DNA of 64,000 bases. It comes from Anthoceros angustus (Eukaryota; Plantae; Anthocerotophyta). The stretch covers positions 372,001-436,000 of the forward strand of contig MU008152.1 of NCBI GenBank assembly GCA_010909165.1, read 5' to 3'. This document shows, piece after piece, positions 17,946-30,000 of this stretch. The stretch's first letter is position 1; each line of letters starts with the position of its first letter. A program made the position numbers and the translations under genes. The notes under the pieces are model-generated. The model saw nothing but the letters and a program-made list of their open reading frames with translations. It had not been told where the DNA came from and did no database searches.

Positions 17946-18395
17946 GACTACTGATTGTTATGGTTTATTATTCAGATGGCGCATTCAGGCATAGAGGGTG
18001 TACAGCTTAGGAGACTAGCGTAGGAATGAGCACGTCTGGTTTTGGTTTCTCGCCACAGATGCTCACACAATCGGCAACAATGCTTTTGTTCATACCTTCA
18101 CACACACTTTGGTCTGAAAACGTGAGGGACATCGGTTAAAGTTGTTACAATTTGGGCATCGTGTGAGCTGGTGCTCATCGGACATCCGGGTTTTGGCCAA
18201 CTGTTTTCATTCGCCTTCTCCCCGTTGACGGCACTTGCCGGTGTTTAAGCTATCTCTTTTTATAAGTGAAGTAAAGCAGCCTGCCTCCGGCGGTCTGGTC
18301 TAGTGGCCAGTGTTCGGGTTTTAAGCACAAATTGTTCCGTGTATTTCAGATAGCAAATGTGTAGAAGGGCAGTTAATTACTAAAAAGAGGGGTGT

Positions 18396-18421
18396 GTCTC
18401 CAGGTCTTAGGAGACCTTGTT
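18396..18421 (-). repeat. Right 26-bp terminal inverted repeat
   Basis: GTCTCCAGGTCTTAGGAGACCTTGTT is the reverse complement of 15360-15385. Confidence 0.9.
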
Positions 18422-19429
18422 GGTACACTAGATGGCTAGCGCATTTCCCACACGGTGGTGGAGAGTGCGCCGGCCGTCCAGCACACTCTCGAGCTCTTTA
18501 AATTTGTTGCTAAATTCATGAGTTCAGTATAAGTTTATGTCTTATACTTAACTCGGCCTGCAAGTGTCTTATGCCTAACATAGCTTCGCCAGAGTGTTTT
18601 TAAGTTCTTTAGTGGTGAGTTCGCATATCGTCTAGTACAATTAATTGATTTATGTTGAGAATGACTAATTGAACTGCGGATGCGCCACCGTCGCACTCCC
18701 TGCCACTCTATGCTGAGTGCGTCGACCGTCTAGCACACCTGTAGGGTTTCCCTCAATGTTTTCATCTGAACCTAAGGCTTCGGAGATGGTGACAACTCAA
18801 GTAGTCTACTGCATGGAGTGTTTGTCTGTGTTTGTCGATAGACTACACCACAATGCATCAATTACAAAATACAACACAAATGTCTGCCTCTCGTTCATGG
18901 CAGGTATGGGTTACCGTCAGCCATTCCAATTGCTATTAGTCTTTTGCTAACATGTATATGTGTATTTAACAATACCCTTGCCAAAAACCTAGCCTACACC
19001 AACAAAACTAATGATATTGGTACCCTTCCAATCTAATTCTTAAATTGGGCGATATTTGATCTGTCATAAAACTACGCCGCATAATCGACGTAGTCCCCAC
19101 AAAGAGAGGGGCCTACACTGGCCAACCGGGCACCTTCAATACAACTTTGGTAAAAATATCCTTCATCCCTTAGATATCCCCCATGACCTAGTGGTCCCGA
19201 ACTTACTGCCAAACAACAAAACCTAATCCATCTCCCTATTTGCAAAGTGGATGTAGAAAAAGCAAGCGGCTTTCGGATTATTTTGCAGTTGCACCAACTA
19301 GGTCTTCCCGGAGATCCTAGGAGATAAAACTATATACCTAGATAGAAGGATGTAATCATATATTCTAATAAGATGGCAATTACACCACCATTGCATTCGC
19401 TTGGAAATATTGGTAGGAAGCATTGGCTT

Positions 19430-20230
19430 GTAACTCTAGCCGAGGTGGGCGATGTTGTCACGGAGCCGACTGAGGCGACGAGCGCGGGGAGGCCATGCCA
19501 AGGTGGCGGTGCCGGAACACAGCAGAGAAAGGCAACCGTCTTGACCACCTGTCTTATGCTGTAACTCAGAAAACACGGCAATGGTTATGTACCGTTGTGC
19601 CTGGATCTCAGTGTCGCTACACGCGGTGACGGGGAGACCTAGAAGTATCTCTAGCTTAACGATATAGAGATATGTGTTCAGCCATCTAACTATAGCTTGG
19701 GGGATGGTCCTGGTCCCATCGTTGCAAGCATATAGGATAGAAAGGTGCCCCACATCTGGAACTGTGAGCAACTTACAAAGGCTTTGGGTGTTTTGGTGCA
19801 AACAAAATATCTCGTTTCTCATTCTTTACTTTGTACAGTCCTCAAGGATTTTTCCAGGTTCGTCAAGGCCTATACTTTCCACTCTCGCAAGAATGGGGTT
19901 GGTCTCCCACTTTCTTATATTATGGCTTTTTTCAGGCAACGGGTGTCCATCGCCTTGTAGAGGGCGTTGGCGAATGCAGTGTACAAGATGCGGCAAGCGT
20001 AGGGGATGCGGAATCTTTGGCCCTGGTGGTGGGTAGGCCTTTTCATAAACATGAAATTTTCGAAGATGTATGTAATTTCAAGGTGAGCCATGGCAGGGGC
20101 TAGTCCCCTTGGTCGGGTGCCCTCTCGAGGGTTGCTCCCCTTTCTCGGAGGTAAATTTATGATATTTTTTAACATAAAATCTCCACGTTCTGTTCATTTT
20201 AATGGTCTTGGGAAGTCAAGTTCGGTGAAG
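19430..20230 (-). mobile_element. Degenerate LINE reverse transcriptase fragment
   Basis: Minus strand shows eroded RT motifs in the expected order: cgaccaaggggactagcccct (RQGDPLAP with indels), RILYTAFANA (resembles L-x-x-x-FADD), and later ILLGLPV (resembles YLGxP). Stops and frameshifts throughout. Confidence 0.45.
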
Positions 20231-20568
20231 CGAGGAGAAGTTAGAGTGGAAGACGAATGAGGGGCTGCCACGCAGGCAAGAATGAGTTTGAGGCCGGACG
20301 CGGCCCCCTTCTTGCTCCGGTTGGGTTGGGGTTTGCACCATCTGGCGATTCGATATCATCATGATGCGCGAATCGCGATGAATGTCGTTGGGGTTTTCAG
20401 GGTTTGAATGCGGGCGCGCAAGCTAGGGAATGCATGGGCAGGACGCTTCGGATGCTGCTGGGAGCACCGGATTCGGAACGGCCGGCCGCGATACAGTCGG
20501 GACGGATGTGATTGCGGCCGCGCCGGGTGGATGCTGCTAGTCCGGCCACCACTTGCTGATTTGGGAGA

Positions 20569-23483
20569 ATGATGCTTGGCCAGCAGAAGCGCGCGCTGGA
20601 TGGGGCTGCCGATGCCCAGGAGGAGCAGCCTTCCAAGTACCGCAAGCCCAGCGATGATGTCAAGCCCCACGGCGATGGCCCCGCGGAGCCCGCCAATGCT
20701 TGGTCGCAGGAAACCCCTGTCAGCCGCCCGACGGCGTCCGCGGCTGGGTTCGGCCGCAGGCCGGTGGCGGTGGCGGCGGCGGCGGCGGGGGCGGGTGATG
20801 GCCATCCGCACGGGGAGCTGGCGGAGGGGAGCAAGAACGGGCGACGGAGTGAGCCGATTGGACCCGGCGATGGTTCCGCGTTTCTTTCTGACCTAAGCGG
20901 TGCTGGCTCAGGTGATTCGGGGTCGGCATTGCTCGACTCCAAGTTCGCAACTCCGGTTTCGCACGCCGGAAGGGATGAGCTTGGCGATGGTGGAAGGAAG
21001 GAAAGGGCGGGCTCGGGCTCGGGCTCGGGTTCGGCTGCTGGTGCAGCTCGGTCTGCGCGGGGATCGGGTCCATCTGGGTCCAGCGGGCATCGGAATTCGC
21101 GCAGCAGGCAAGGCAGCGAGGAGGTGGAGGCCGATCAGGCCGTGTGCCGAGAGACTGTGGAGAAGGAGTTGGAGGCGGATCAGGCCGTGTTTTTGGAGAC
21201 TGTGAAGAAGGAGTTGGAGGCCAAGCGGTCGAAGCGCCTCAGGCCTTTGCCCGTCGTGGTGGCGGGGAAGGTGGTGGATCTATACAACTTCAATGTCAAG
21301 GTGCGGGAACTGGGGGGCTATTGCAAGGTCAGTGCCGACTCACTGTGGGGGAATGTAGCGGAGGAGCTGGGGCTGGACAGGGTGTGTGGGCCCGCCGTTA
21401 AGTTGGTTTATTTCAAGTATTTGCGGAAGCTGGAGAGTAGAAAGTCGGCGGCACCTGGGGCGAGGATTGGGCCTGCACTGTCGCAGCACCTTGCCGTTCC
21501 GGGCGGGGAGTTGAGCAATGGGAAGCGGGAAGCCAAGGCGGTGGAACAGTCTGGGGACAGTGAGTCGTCCAAGGAAGAGGCTGAGGAAGGTGGAGCGAAA
21601 GGTGAGGGCGGGGGCCTGCGAGAACAGCGACCCTGGTTGCCTGATGTGCGTGAGGGGAATCCGGCCTGGTCTGCGTCTGGCAGTCTCAGTCGAAGCGGTT
21701 CAGAGGGAGCGGGGATTCTGTTTGCGGACGGGGCCAACGAGGAGGGTGATGGTAGAGGAGGGCAGGGGCAGAGAAGGTTTGACACGTTGGCCCATATGCT
21801 GCAGTGGATCAGACGACTGGCCGTCGATCCGAATGACCCGTCAAAGGGGCAGGGTGAGGCGGGGTCGGGTCAGGATGCGGAGTGGGTCCGAGAGTGCCTG
21901 GCAACGGCGCAAAGAGTTCGTGGGTTCTTGTGGAGGAAAAGAGATGAGCCGAAAGCGAGGAACGGTGGTGGTGATGGATTTCATAGCCAGGTAGAGAACC
22001 ATAAGTATATCACTCGTCTGATGCTGGTAGCAAGTGACAGTAGTGTAGCGTGTAGTACTTCTGGTTTCTTTGTTCTGATTCGCGTACACTGCAGAACAAG
22101 CAGACTTCGCGAGGTTATTACGAGGAACCAGCCCAACCAGATATGCAGGCTCTCGACAAGTTGAGATCTACTAAGGAGCGGATAATACACTATGGGTTGC
22201 AACCTCCTCAAAGTAGTCAGAGGCCTGCCTCTAGCACCCTCGGACATCATAACAACAACCGGCGGTCGTGCTCACCACCTCCTGTGTTTTACATTGGAAG
22301 TGGGGATGAGCGGAAGGATGTAAAGATGGGGCACCTTCATCAAGCGGAAGTACCCGAGTGGAATCCTCGTTCCATCCCTCCAATCGTATCTGCTGCCGAC
22401 GGGTCCCTTGTGGAAGGTTATGCATTCACTGAGGAAGGAGAGGACGATGTGCGGAGGTGGTTTGGAACTCGAGTTTGGCCACGCTTGGGTTTTGATAGCG
22501 TTGTAAATAAACACAGGGTAGGGGCAGGTAGGTCAGACGTTTGTTCTTGCGAGGAAGTGGAGTCCGTTGAATGTGTCAGACTGCATGTGCACGAGGAGAA
22601 GGAAAAATTGAAAGCGGAGCTGGGCAGTGCATTTGACGATTGGAAGTTTCAGGATATGGGCGAAAGCGTGGCTGATCAGTGGACAAACGAAGAGCAGCAT
22701 GCTTTCACAGCTCTTGTTAAAATGAACCCTGCAATATTGGGCAAGAATTTCTGGGATCAACTGCCTGTGGCTTTTCCCAACAGAAGCATGAAAGAGCTAG
22801 TTAGTTTCTACTTCAATGTGTTTGTGTTGAGGAGACGAGCTATTCAGAACAGGCTTCTCGAAGAAAAACTGGACAGTGATGATGATGACAAGGAACTCCC
22901 AGTTACTGATTCTGAATACACCGACGAGTCCGACAGTGGGGAGGACGACGAGGAGGAGGTGGAAGACACTACAGGGGAAGATGACGCGGAGATTACAGCA
23001 GGAAGTCCAGTTTTAAAGGGCAATTCCCCTAGACACCCGCATTTTACTGAACTGGAAGCAAGTCTCAACTACAGCGCTAGCAAAATTGAAGCTGAGGGTT
23101 TGGATGCAGTTCTGGGACTCCCTCCCACAGTAGCGTCAAGGCTCGATGATGCGGAGAGTCAAATGTTACGGTTGGGTCAGAGGAACCTCAGGGAAACGGC
23201 GCATTTAGGAGCTGACTGGGAACACGAGCTTCATGGTAGTGAGAAGCATGATATGGAGGGAGTCACTTCGATTGCCGATGATGCTCTGCAGCAAGTTCAA
23301 GGATGGGAAGTTCTTCACTGGGATGAGACTGACCATGACTTTGCCAAGTTGAATTCAAAGCAGGAGGAGAACGTCCGCGAAGACGATTCACAACCGTTTC
23401 AGGTTCTACGAGGTTGCAAGCAAGAGGAAGGTTCGGCGCAAGTGCCACCCATTCCTTGCAAATCAGAACGAAATGATGTGTGA
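20569..23483 (+). CDS. ARID + ELM2/SANT-like chromatin protein (plant ARID1/ARID2-like), at least 2 exons
   Basis: ARID domain PLPVVVAGKVVDLYNFNVKVRELGGYCKV...WGNVAEELG...LKLVYFKYLRKLE. Intron 21991-22148 is GT-AG, phase 0. Exon 2 has IGSGD...HQAEVPEW (ELM2-like) and WTNEEQHAF...FWDQLPVAFPNRSMKELVSFYFNVF (SANT-like). Confidence 0.85.
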
Positions 23484-26400
23484 CAGGGTGAGGAGCACTT
23501 CCGGAATGGCAGAGACGTCGAGAGTTAACGGTACCCAAGACCTGTCATGTACTTGGTCCACTCTCATGCAGGGAATACTGTGGCCTCCGCTTTCACGCTG
23601 GAGACTGGTGTCTGTTGGCAAGAGAGAACAACATCTGGCTGTCGTGTCTTCACGGAAGACGTGCCTTGGTAGTAGTAGTGTCGGAGCAGGTAGACATGCG
23701 GTATATATTCCAGATGCCTCGGTAAACAAAGAAACTTGAAGGTAGCCAGTCCTGGCCTCAGCGTTTGCGAAGGGGTAAGGCAATAGCTACAGATTTAGAT
23801 TTGGCAACGTTGGAACCCGCGCAAGATTAACTTCATGCCTCTGGTGTCAGGCCATTTGATCTTTACATAGTCCGCTTCTAGGGTAAGCGCTGGTGCAAGT
23901 GGCCATGATACGCCAACAGTTGGGCACGTCATATCTATCTGCCCCTTCCTGGAGCCTGGATTTGGCTATGCAGGTGGTGTGAAAGCCCCGCTCCCCGGAG
24001 AAGCATACTTTTCTCACTGTGTGTCGGAGGTCCTGTTGTTTGTGGATAGGTACAATGGACCCACGTCGAAGGGGTGGAAGCCCAGTCGGTGTCATCGCCA
24101 TCGCGCCCAGTGGCTTCGAACAAGAAGGACAGAGAAGCCACTTCACTATGTGTATGCTTGCCTTGCCGGAGACTGGAGAGGATAGACTTCACAGCAATCA
24201 TATCTTTCTTGTAGGCTACCGGGGACAACAAGCTGCCCTTATTAGCTTGGCACGTGTCTTACTGACCCGCTCAATCAAACATTGTTGCCCTCGCCGGGGG
24301 CCAAAGACACTGTCGGCAACTACATAATATTAAAACTTGTCCTTTCCAGAGCGTCACCCACTGGGATAAATTACCAACCGATCTTCTGACTACCTGTGCC
24401 CTACGCAGGGCCAGAAAGGGAGAGAAAGCTTTTATAAATATAAGTTAAGCCTCTTATTCTGTTAAAAATTAGATATTTAAGCTGCTCCCATGGATGGTAA
24501 AGAATAGGATAGGGCATGTGCCATTTTTGGGACTTTTAAACTTTTCACCTTTTTAAGTATGTAAAGAATATTTTTCTTTCGAGAAGGACTGTAAATTTAA
24601 CTTGACTCATTAGTATGTGCATCATGGTGTGTATGGGCATATAAAGCATAGATTTCTTGGTGTTAGGTACTCAAGGGATTATGGTTGGTCCTAGTATTGT
24701 ATGGGTATATTTATTTATATCCGAAGCCAGTGGCAAAGTTAATGTCAGACTTTTATCTTAATGATTGCTACATTTTCAGATTTGAGTATACATATTTTCA
24801 ATTGGCTCTAACCCGAGAATAGAAAAATCCAAGGATTATCGATCCAGATATTTCATAACAAGAGAAAGGAATGTCATAGATTTTGGAGGCATTGATGTTA
24901 ACACTATCTCTAAAGACACTCCACTTTGCATACCTCCGAAGTTGACTAAAGTTATCACTTACAAGTGATAGCTGATTACTTAGAAGACCTGAGAGAAAGA
25001 ATGTCAAAGATTTTGCAGGCATTAATGTATACACATCACAAATTACATACCATTTTGTGTACTCTCTAGAGTTCAGCGCGAATGATGAACTTCAATATAG
25101 CATTTGTGATATACCTAATGGTTAGGTGAAGACTCATCTAAACTCCAATATGCCGGTTACATAATATCTACTCTTTTTGATTCTTAATGCATTTTAATTT
25201 TATTATTTATTAAATTACATAATAATAAAATATTTAATTTCTTGGTCTCCAGTTGTTAAGGTTCTCAACTCTAAAATATTTATGGTAAGTAAATATATGT
25301 GTAGAATTGTGTGTGGGGGCTGGTGCAGTGTGCAGAAATTGTGGTGTAGGCTGCTCCCGAACGTGAGAAGAGTCGGTATCTGTCATGTCCTGATTGGACA
25401 TGAAAAGATAGTTTACGGAAAAGTAACTTGACGCTTTGAAATATTGTTGGATGGCTAAAATAAGGAGCATAATCGTGGCTGGTGGGTGCGTGTTTGGGTT
25501 TGGGTGAGGCCCCGCAAGCAAAGAGGAGTCGACAAGAGAAACGGTTTTGGAGAGTGCGTGCCGTCACAGGTCACAGAAGCGAACGTGCGAGCGTGTGTGA
25601 TGGATTACCGCGACTTCATAAGCAGTGAGTGAGGGATCATGGTCCCTGGTTGGGCTCCGCAGATGCGCCGGCATATAACCCTCCACGATGCACCATCGCA
25701 CACTCGCAACAGCAACAAACAACAAAACCCCAAGCAGCCGAACAGGCCAGCGGCCAGCGGCCAGCAGCCAGCCGAGGCTTGGCCCCACGCCACAGCCAGA
25801 TTCGGATAATCTTCCTCCCCCCGCCTCCGCCAACAAGGAGACGGAGCTTCTGAGCATGCTATGAGGCGGCTGGGGCTGGGGCTGGGGCTGGGGCTTCGGC
25901 TGCGGCTGCGGCTGCGGCGCCAACCCTAAAATCCCACACCAACAACTTGCTTTGTCCGGCCACGACAATCAGGACAAAGGACGCCCGACGCCCTTGAACA
26001 CCACCGTTTATGCCGTAAGTGATTCCCGGCCCAAAGCCCGGGAATCATGAATTTGTAGGTATATCAGCGCGCGCCCAAGCCACGCATATTCTTCCTCTGG
26101 CGCTGCACAGTAAAAAGGCGGGGGGGAAGGAGGTGGGGGGCATAATCTACCCGGTTATTATGTACTCATGTGTATGTACACATTAGGGCACGCGGCAGTG
26201 GGTAGAAAGAGAAACTGGGTGTGTGGGTGTAGAGAGAGAGAAAGCGGGCGAGTCCAGGGTCCGAGGCCGGGCGGGCGGGCAGGCGTGCAGCGGCGCGTGA
26301 CAGATTCTCTGGAAGTTGTGCTGGAGTCGTCACTCCACTCCGGGCCTGCGCTGTTGGCTGCTGGCGTGGTGGAAGGAATGCGTTCGATGCCAGCTATTTC

Positions 26401-27015
26401 CAAGCGCTGTTGGAGCCGCGCAGTGTGAAGAGGGCTTGCGCCCGCAAGTGCGTCGTCCACTGTCGTCAGGGGCTGGGCTGGGCTGAGCGGGGCTGGGCTG
26501 CAGCCTGGCGATGGCCCGAGGCCAAAACATCTTCCTTGCTCGAGCACGCGAATGAGGCGGCACTGCCGTGCAGCGCCTCTCCCTGCTCTGCTGCGCTCCG
26601 CTGCGCCGCATCGCGCTTTTCGCCGCCGCTTCTGCCCTAAGCGCTCGTTGCTGCTGCTGCTGCTGCTGCTGCTCCAGCCCAGGCCCAGGCCCAGGCCGGC
26701 CTTTCGCCGTCCCCGCCGCTCTCTGCTGCTGCCGCAGCTCCGCCTCAGCTGCCCGCCCTGCCGCCGACCTTGCTGCCTCTGGGTCCTTCGCTGCGCGGCT
26801 GGCTGCCTGGCTTCGTCTTCCCGGTGAGCTGCGGCTGGAGGTGGCATGGCGGCGCCGGACCCTAGCGGAGGAGCTGAGCTCGATGGCGTCGGCGGGCAGC
26901 AATGTGGTGCATGGCGGCGTGGGCTGCGGCCGGGGCTGGCCACCTGCTGATCTGCCGCAGCTGCTGCGCTTGGCTTCCAGGTGGATGACGCGGAGGAGGA
27001 GGTAGCGGAGGAGAG

Positions 27016-30000
27016 ATGGCGACCGAGAGTCCGGTGAGGATGCTGCCGGGGGCGGGACGGGGATGCGGGGGATCAGGGGCTCAGCGACAGCCTTAGGGCT
27101 GGGGCGCAGGGGGCACGGCCACAATTCCTCGCCCACGCGGGACGGCGTGGCGCAAGAATTGGGGCTGCTGCTGCGGGGGCGCGGGAGGTATGAGAATCTC
27201 ATGATGGGGAGGGACGTGCCGCAGCGGAGCGGGAGCGCGCCGCCCAGCGTCGAGGGGTCTCTGGCGGCTATGGGAGGCTTGTTGTCGCAGCACCCGTCGC
27301 CGGCGGTGCGTCTGGCCAAGCACGGGGGTATGGACGGGCTTGATCTCTTGGACAACGAGCAAGAACTGCGCTCTGACCCTAGCTACCTGGCCTACTACTA
27401 CACCCACATCAATCTCAATCCAAGACTGCCGCCGCCTATCACGTCGTGGGACAATCCGCGCCTTGCTCAACGCTTGTCGTCGGCGGCCGGGGCTCTTGGG
27501 GGTATCGGAGATAAGAGGAAGGGCAGGTCTTTGGATGATACCACCAGCAAGTCGCTTTTTTCGACGCAGCCCTTGTCCACGCACCGGGAGGAGCCCGAGC
27601 ATTTGGAGGATGAGAGTTCCCCCATAGGAAATCTCGTGAGGCAGAGCTCTGCGGATTGGGCTGAGAGAAGGGGGGACGGCCTTGTCGCTCTGTCTAGCAT
27701 TGGTCTGGCCGTTCGACCCAAAAGTTTAGTGGATCTGATCCAGGTGTGTCATTCTTTTCCTTCCTGCAACGGGCCTTCCATGTGCTCCTTCGTCACCTCC
27801 CATTCTTGTGAACCGAGGGAGTTTGTGAGTCTTATCTGGTGGCCTGGGGGCAGCTGGATGGTGAAAGGCCTCCGACCTTGATGACGTGTGCTCGTGTTGT
27901 TGCTCTGATGTGGGTGAGGTGGGACAAACATTGTGGTGGTGAGGTGGTGACGGCATGACGAGTGAGGTTCTTGTCTTGGATTGGGAGCTTGAAACATATT
28001 TGTTGTGGAAGAGGAGGTGCGAGTGGGGTTTTGATGCGCTACTTGTTCGTCTTCTGGATCTCGTCTTAAAATCGCTCTTTGCAGGAAGATTTCCCTCGAA
28101 CACCGTCACCTGTGTATAATCATTCCCGATCTTCCAGCAGAGCAGCCAATGAGGATGGGGTGGATGAACTGCAGCTGACGCATTTGCGAGATGCGGCTGC
28201 CATGGGTGCGGTATCTGTCGCAGATCTAAGTGCAGTGGTAGCGAGTTTGTCTCGCTCGTCAACTCCCAACCCTGGCGGAGTGCAACTGCATGGAGGTTCA
28301 ACCCCAGGTGCCACGTCTACAATGCCGTCTGCACCTATTCCAAGGTTAGCCTCTTCAGATGATACGAATGTATCCGTGAGGTCTGCAAGCCCTGGCAGTG
28401 CTATGATGGCTGCAGTCGGGCTGACTTCAGGTTTGAGCATGTCTGGCTCTGAGTTGCGAAGCGTCTCTCTTGGCACAGCAGCTAGCGCTGGTGCGGCTGA
28501 GCTAGCTGCCGCACTTCAAGGCTTCAACCTGTCGGATGGGCGTGCAGCTGCAGCTGATGAGCATGAGAATCTGCACCAGCACCAACAACAAGAGTTGCAG
28601 CAGGAGCAGGGAGATCAGCAGCAAGTGCGCTCTCAGCAGCAGCAGCAGCAGCAGCAGCAACATCAGCAGCAGCAGAGACAGCAGAGGGCGCAGATTGCCC
28701 AGGCCCACGCTCAGGCCCAAGCACAGGCCCAAGCACAGGCTCAAGCTCATTCTCATGTGATGGCATACTCCCAGGCTTTTCAACAGCAACAGCAGCAGCA
28801 GCAGGCTTATGCTGGTGTGGACCAGAGCTACAGGGGCCAAATGAAGTTTGGTATTCCCAACATGACTCCCCAAGCACAAGGTGCTGGCATTCAGCAAGCT
28901 GGAATGGCTGCACCAGATATGTATGCCACTGCTGCAGCAGCGATGTCGTACATGAATCCGTTCTATCAAAACCTGCACTCAGCAGCTCTTTATGCTCCGC
29001 AGTATGGACTTGGTGGATATCCTATGAATCCAAGCATGATTGCACCAATGTTTGCTGGCTATCCCCCACCAGGCCCACTTGGATTTGAAGGAGCAGCAGC
29101 TGCTGCGGCAGCTGCTGTGGCTGCCAGCATGGGGGTGAGGACAGGGGTTCCTGGTTCGCCAGGTGCGACTGCAGGAGTAGACATGCACCATATGTACAAG
29201 TTCTCACCCCAGCAAGGTCTTTCGGGAGCCGTGCAGGATCCCTACTACCAGTATGTCAGGGTTGCTGACGAGAATGCCCGAGCTGCCGCAGCTCTGAAGG
29301 ATCCCTCTGTCATCAGAGGCTACATGGGTGGAAATCATGTTGATATGATGGATCTTCAAAAGAACCAACTTGGTCCGATGCTTGGCTATTCTCCTGATCA
29401 GAAGGGCCAATATCAAAGAAGCGGGGCAATTGGTGTCCCTATCGCCAGTAAAAGTGGTTCAGTGAGTCCAGCATATTATGGTAGTCCCCCAGGAGTTGGG
29501 CTAGTCATGCCGTACCCAAATTCACCGTTGGCAAGTCCAGTACTGCCGGGTTCGCCTGTTGCAGCAGGTACCGTTCGAAGGGATGACAGGGCAATGCGCC
29601 TTGCAGGTAGTACGAGCAGGAATGCATCTACTGTGTCTAGCTATACAGGCTGGCAGCCTCAAAGAGGCACTGAAACGGGAGATGAGATCCGGGGATCTTC
29701 TTTGCTAGAAGAGTTCAAGAACAGCAAAACCCGTCGATTTGAGCTCTCAGACATTGCAGGGCATGTCAGTGAGTTCAGGTACTACATTCCTCTTCGTCTT
29801 TGTTTCATTAGGGGTTTCTTTGCAGAGCTTTGCAATCAGCCGCATTGATTGTTGTTTGGTTTTGTTTTCAGCGCTGACCAGCATGGGAGCAGATTTATTC
29901 AACAAAAGTTAGAAACTGCAAGTCCTGAGGAAAAGGCTATGGTATTCCAGGAAGTTTTACCAAGGGCTGTGCCTCTCATGACTGATGTCTTTGGAAACTA

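Larger units (their letters stand above)
15360..18421. mobile_element. Putative non-autonomous TIR element carrying a DNA amino-methyltransferase pseudogene
   Basis: 15360-15385 (AACAAGGTCTCCTAAGACCTGGAGAC) is the exact reverse complement of 18396-18421. GGTA lies directly outside both ends (15356-15359, 18422-18425). No transposase was recognised inside. Confidence 0.6.

Noticed and set aside
25560-27010. Many overlapping ORFs with (CTG)n and (GGCTGG)n repeats upstream of Pumilio
   Set aside because: GC-rich low-complexity leader or promoter with no domain signal.
28560-28810. PolyQ/QA repeats in Pumilio
   Set aside because: Ordinary low-complexity region for PUF proteins.
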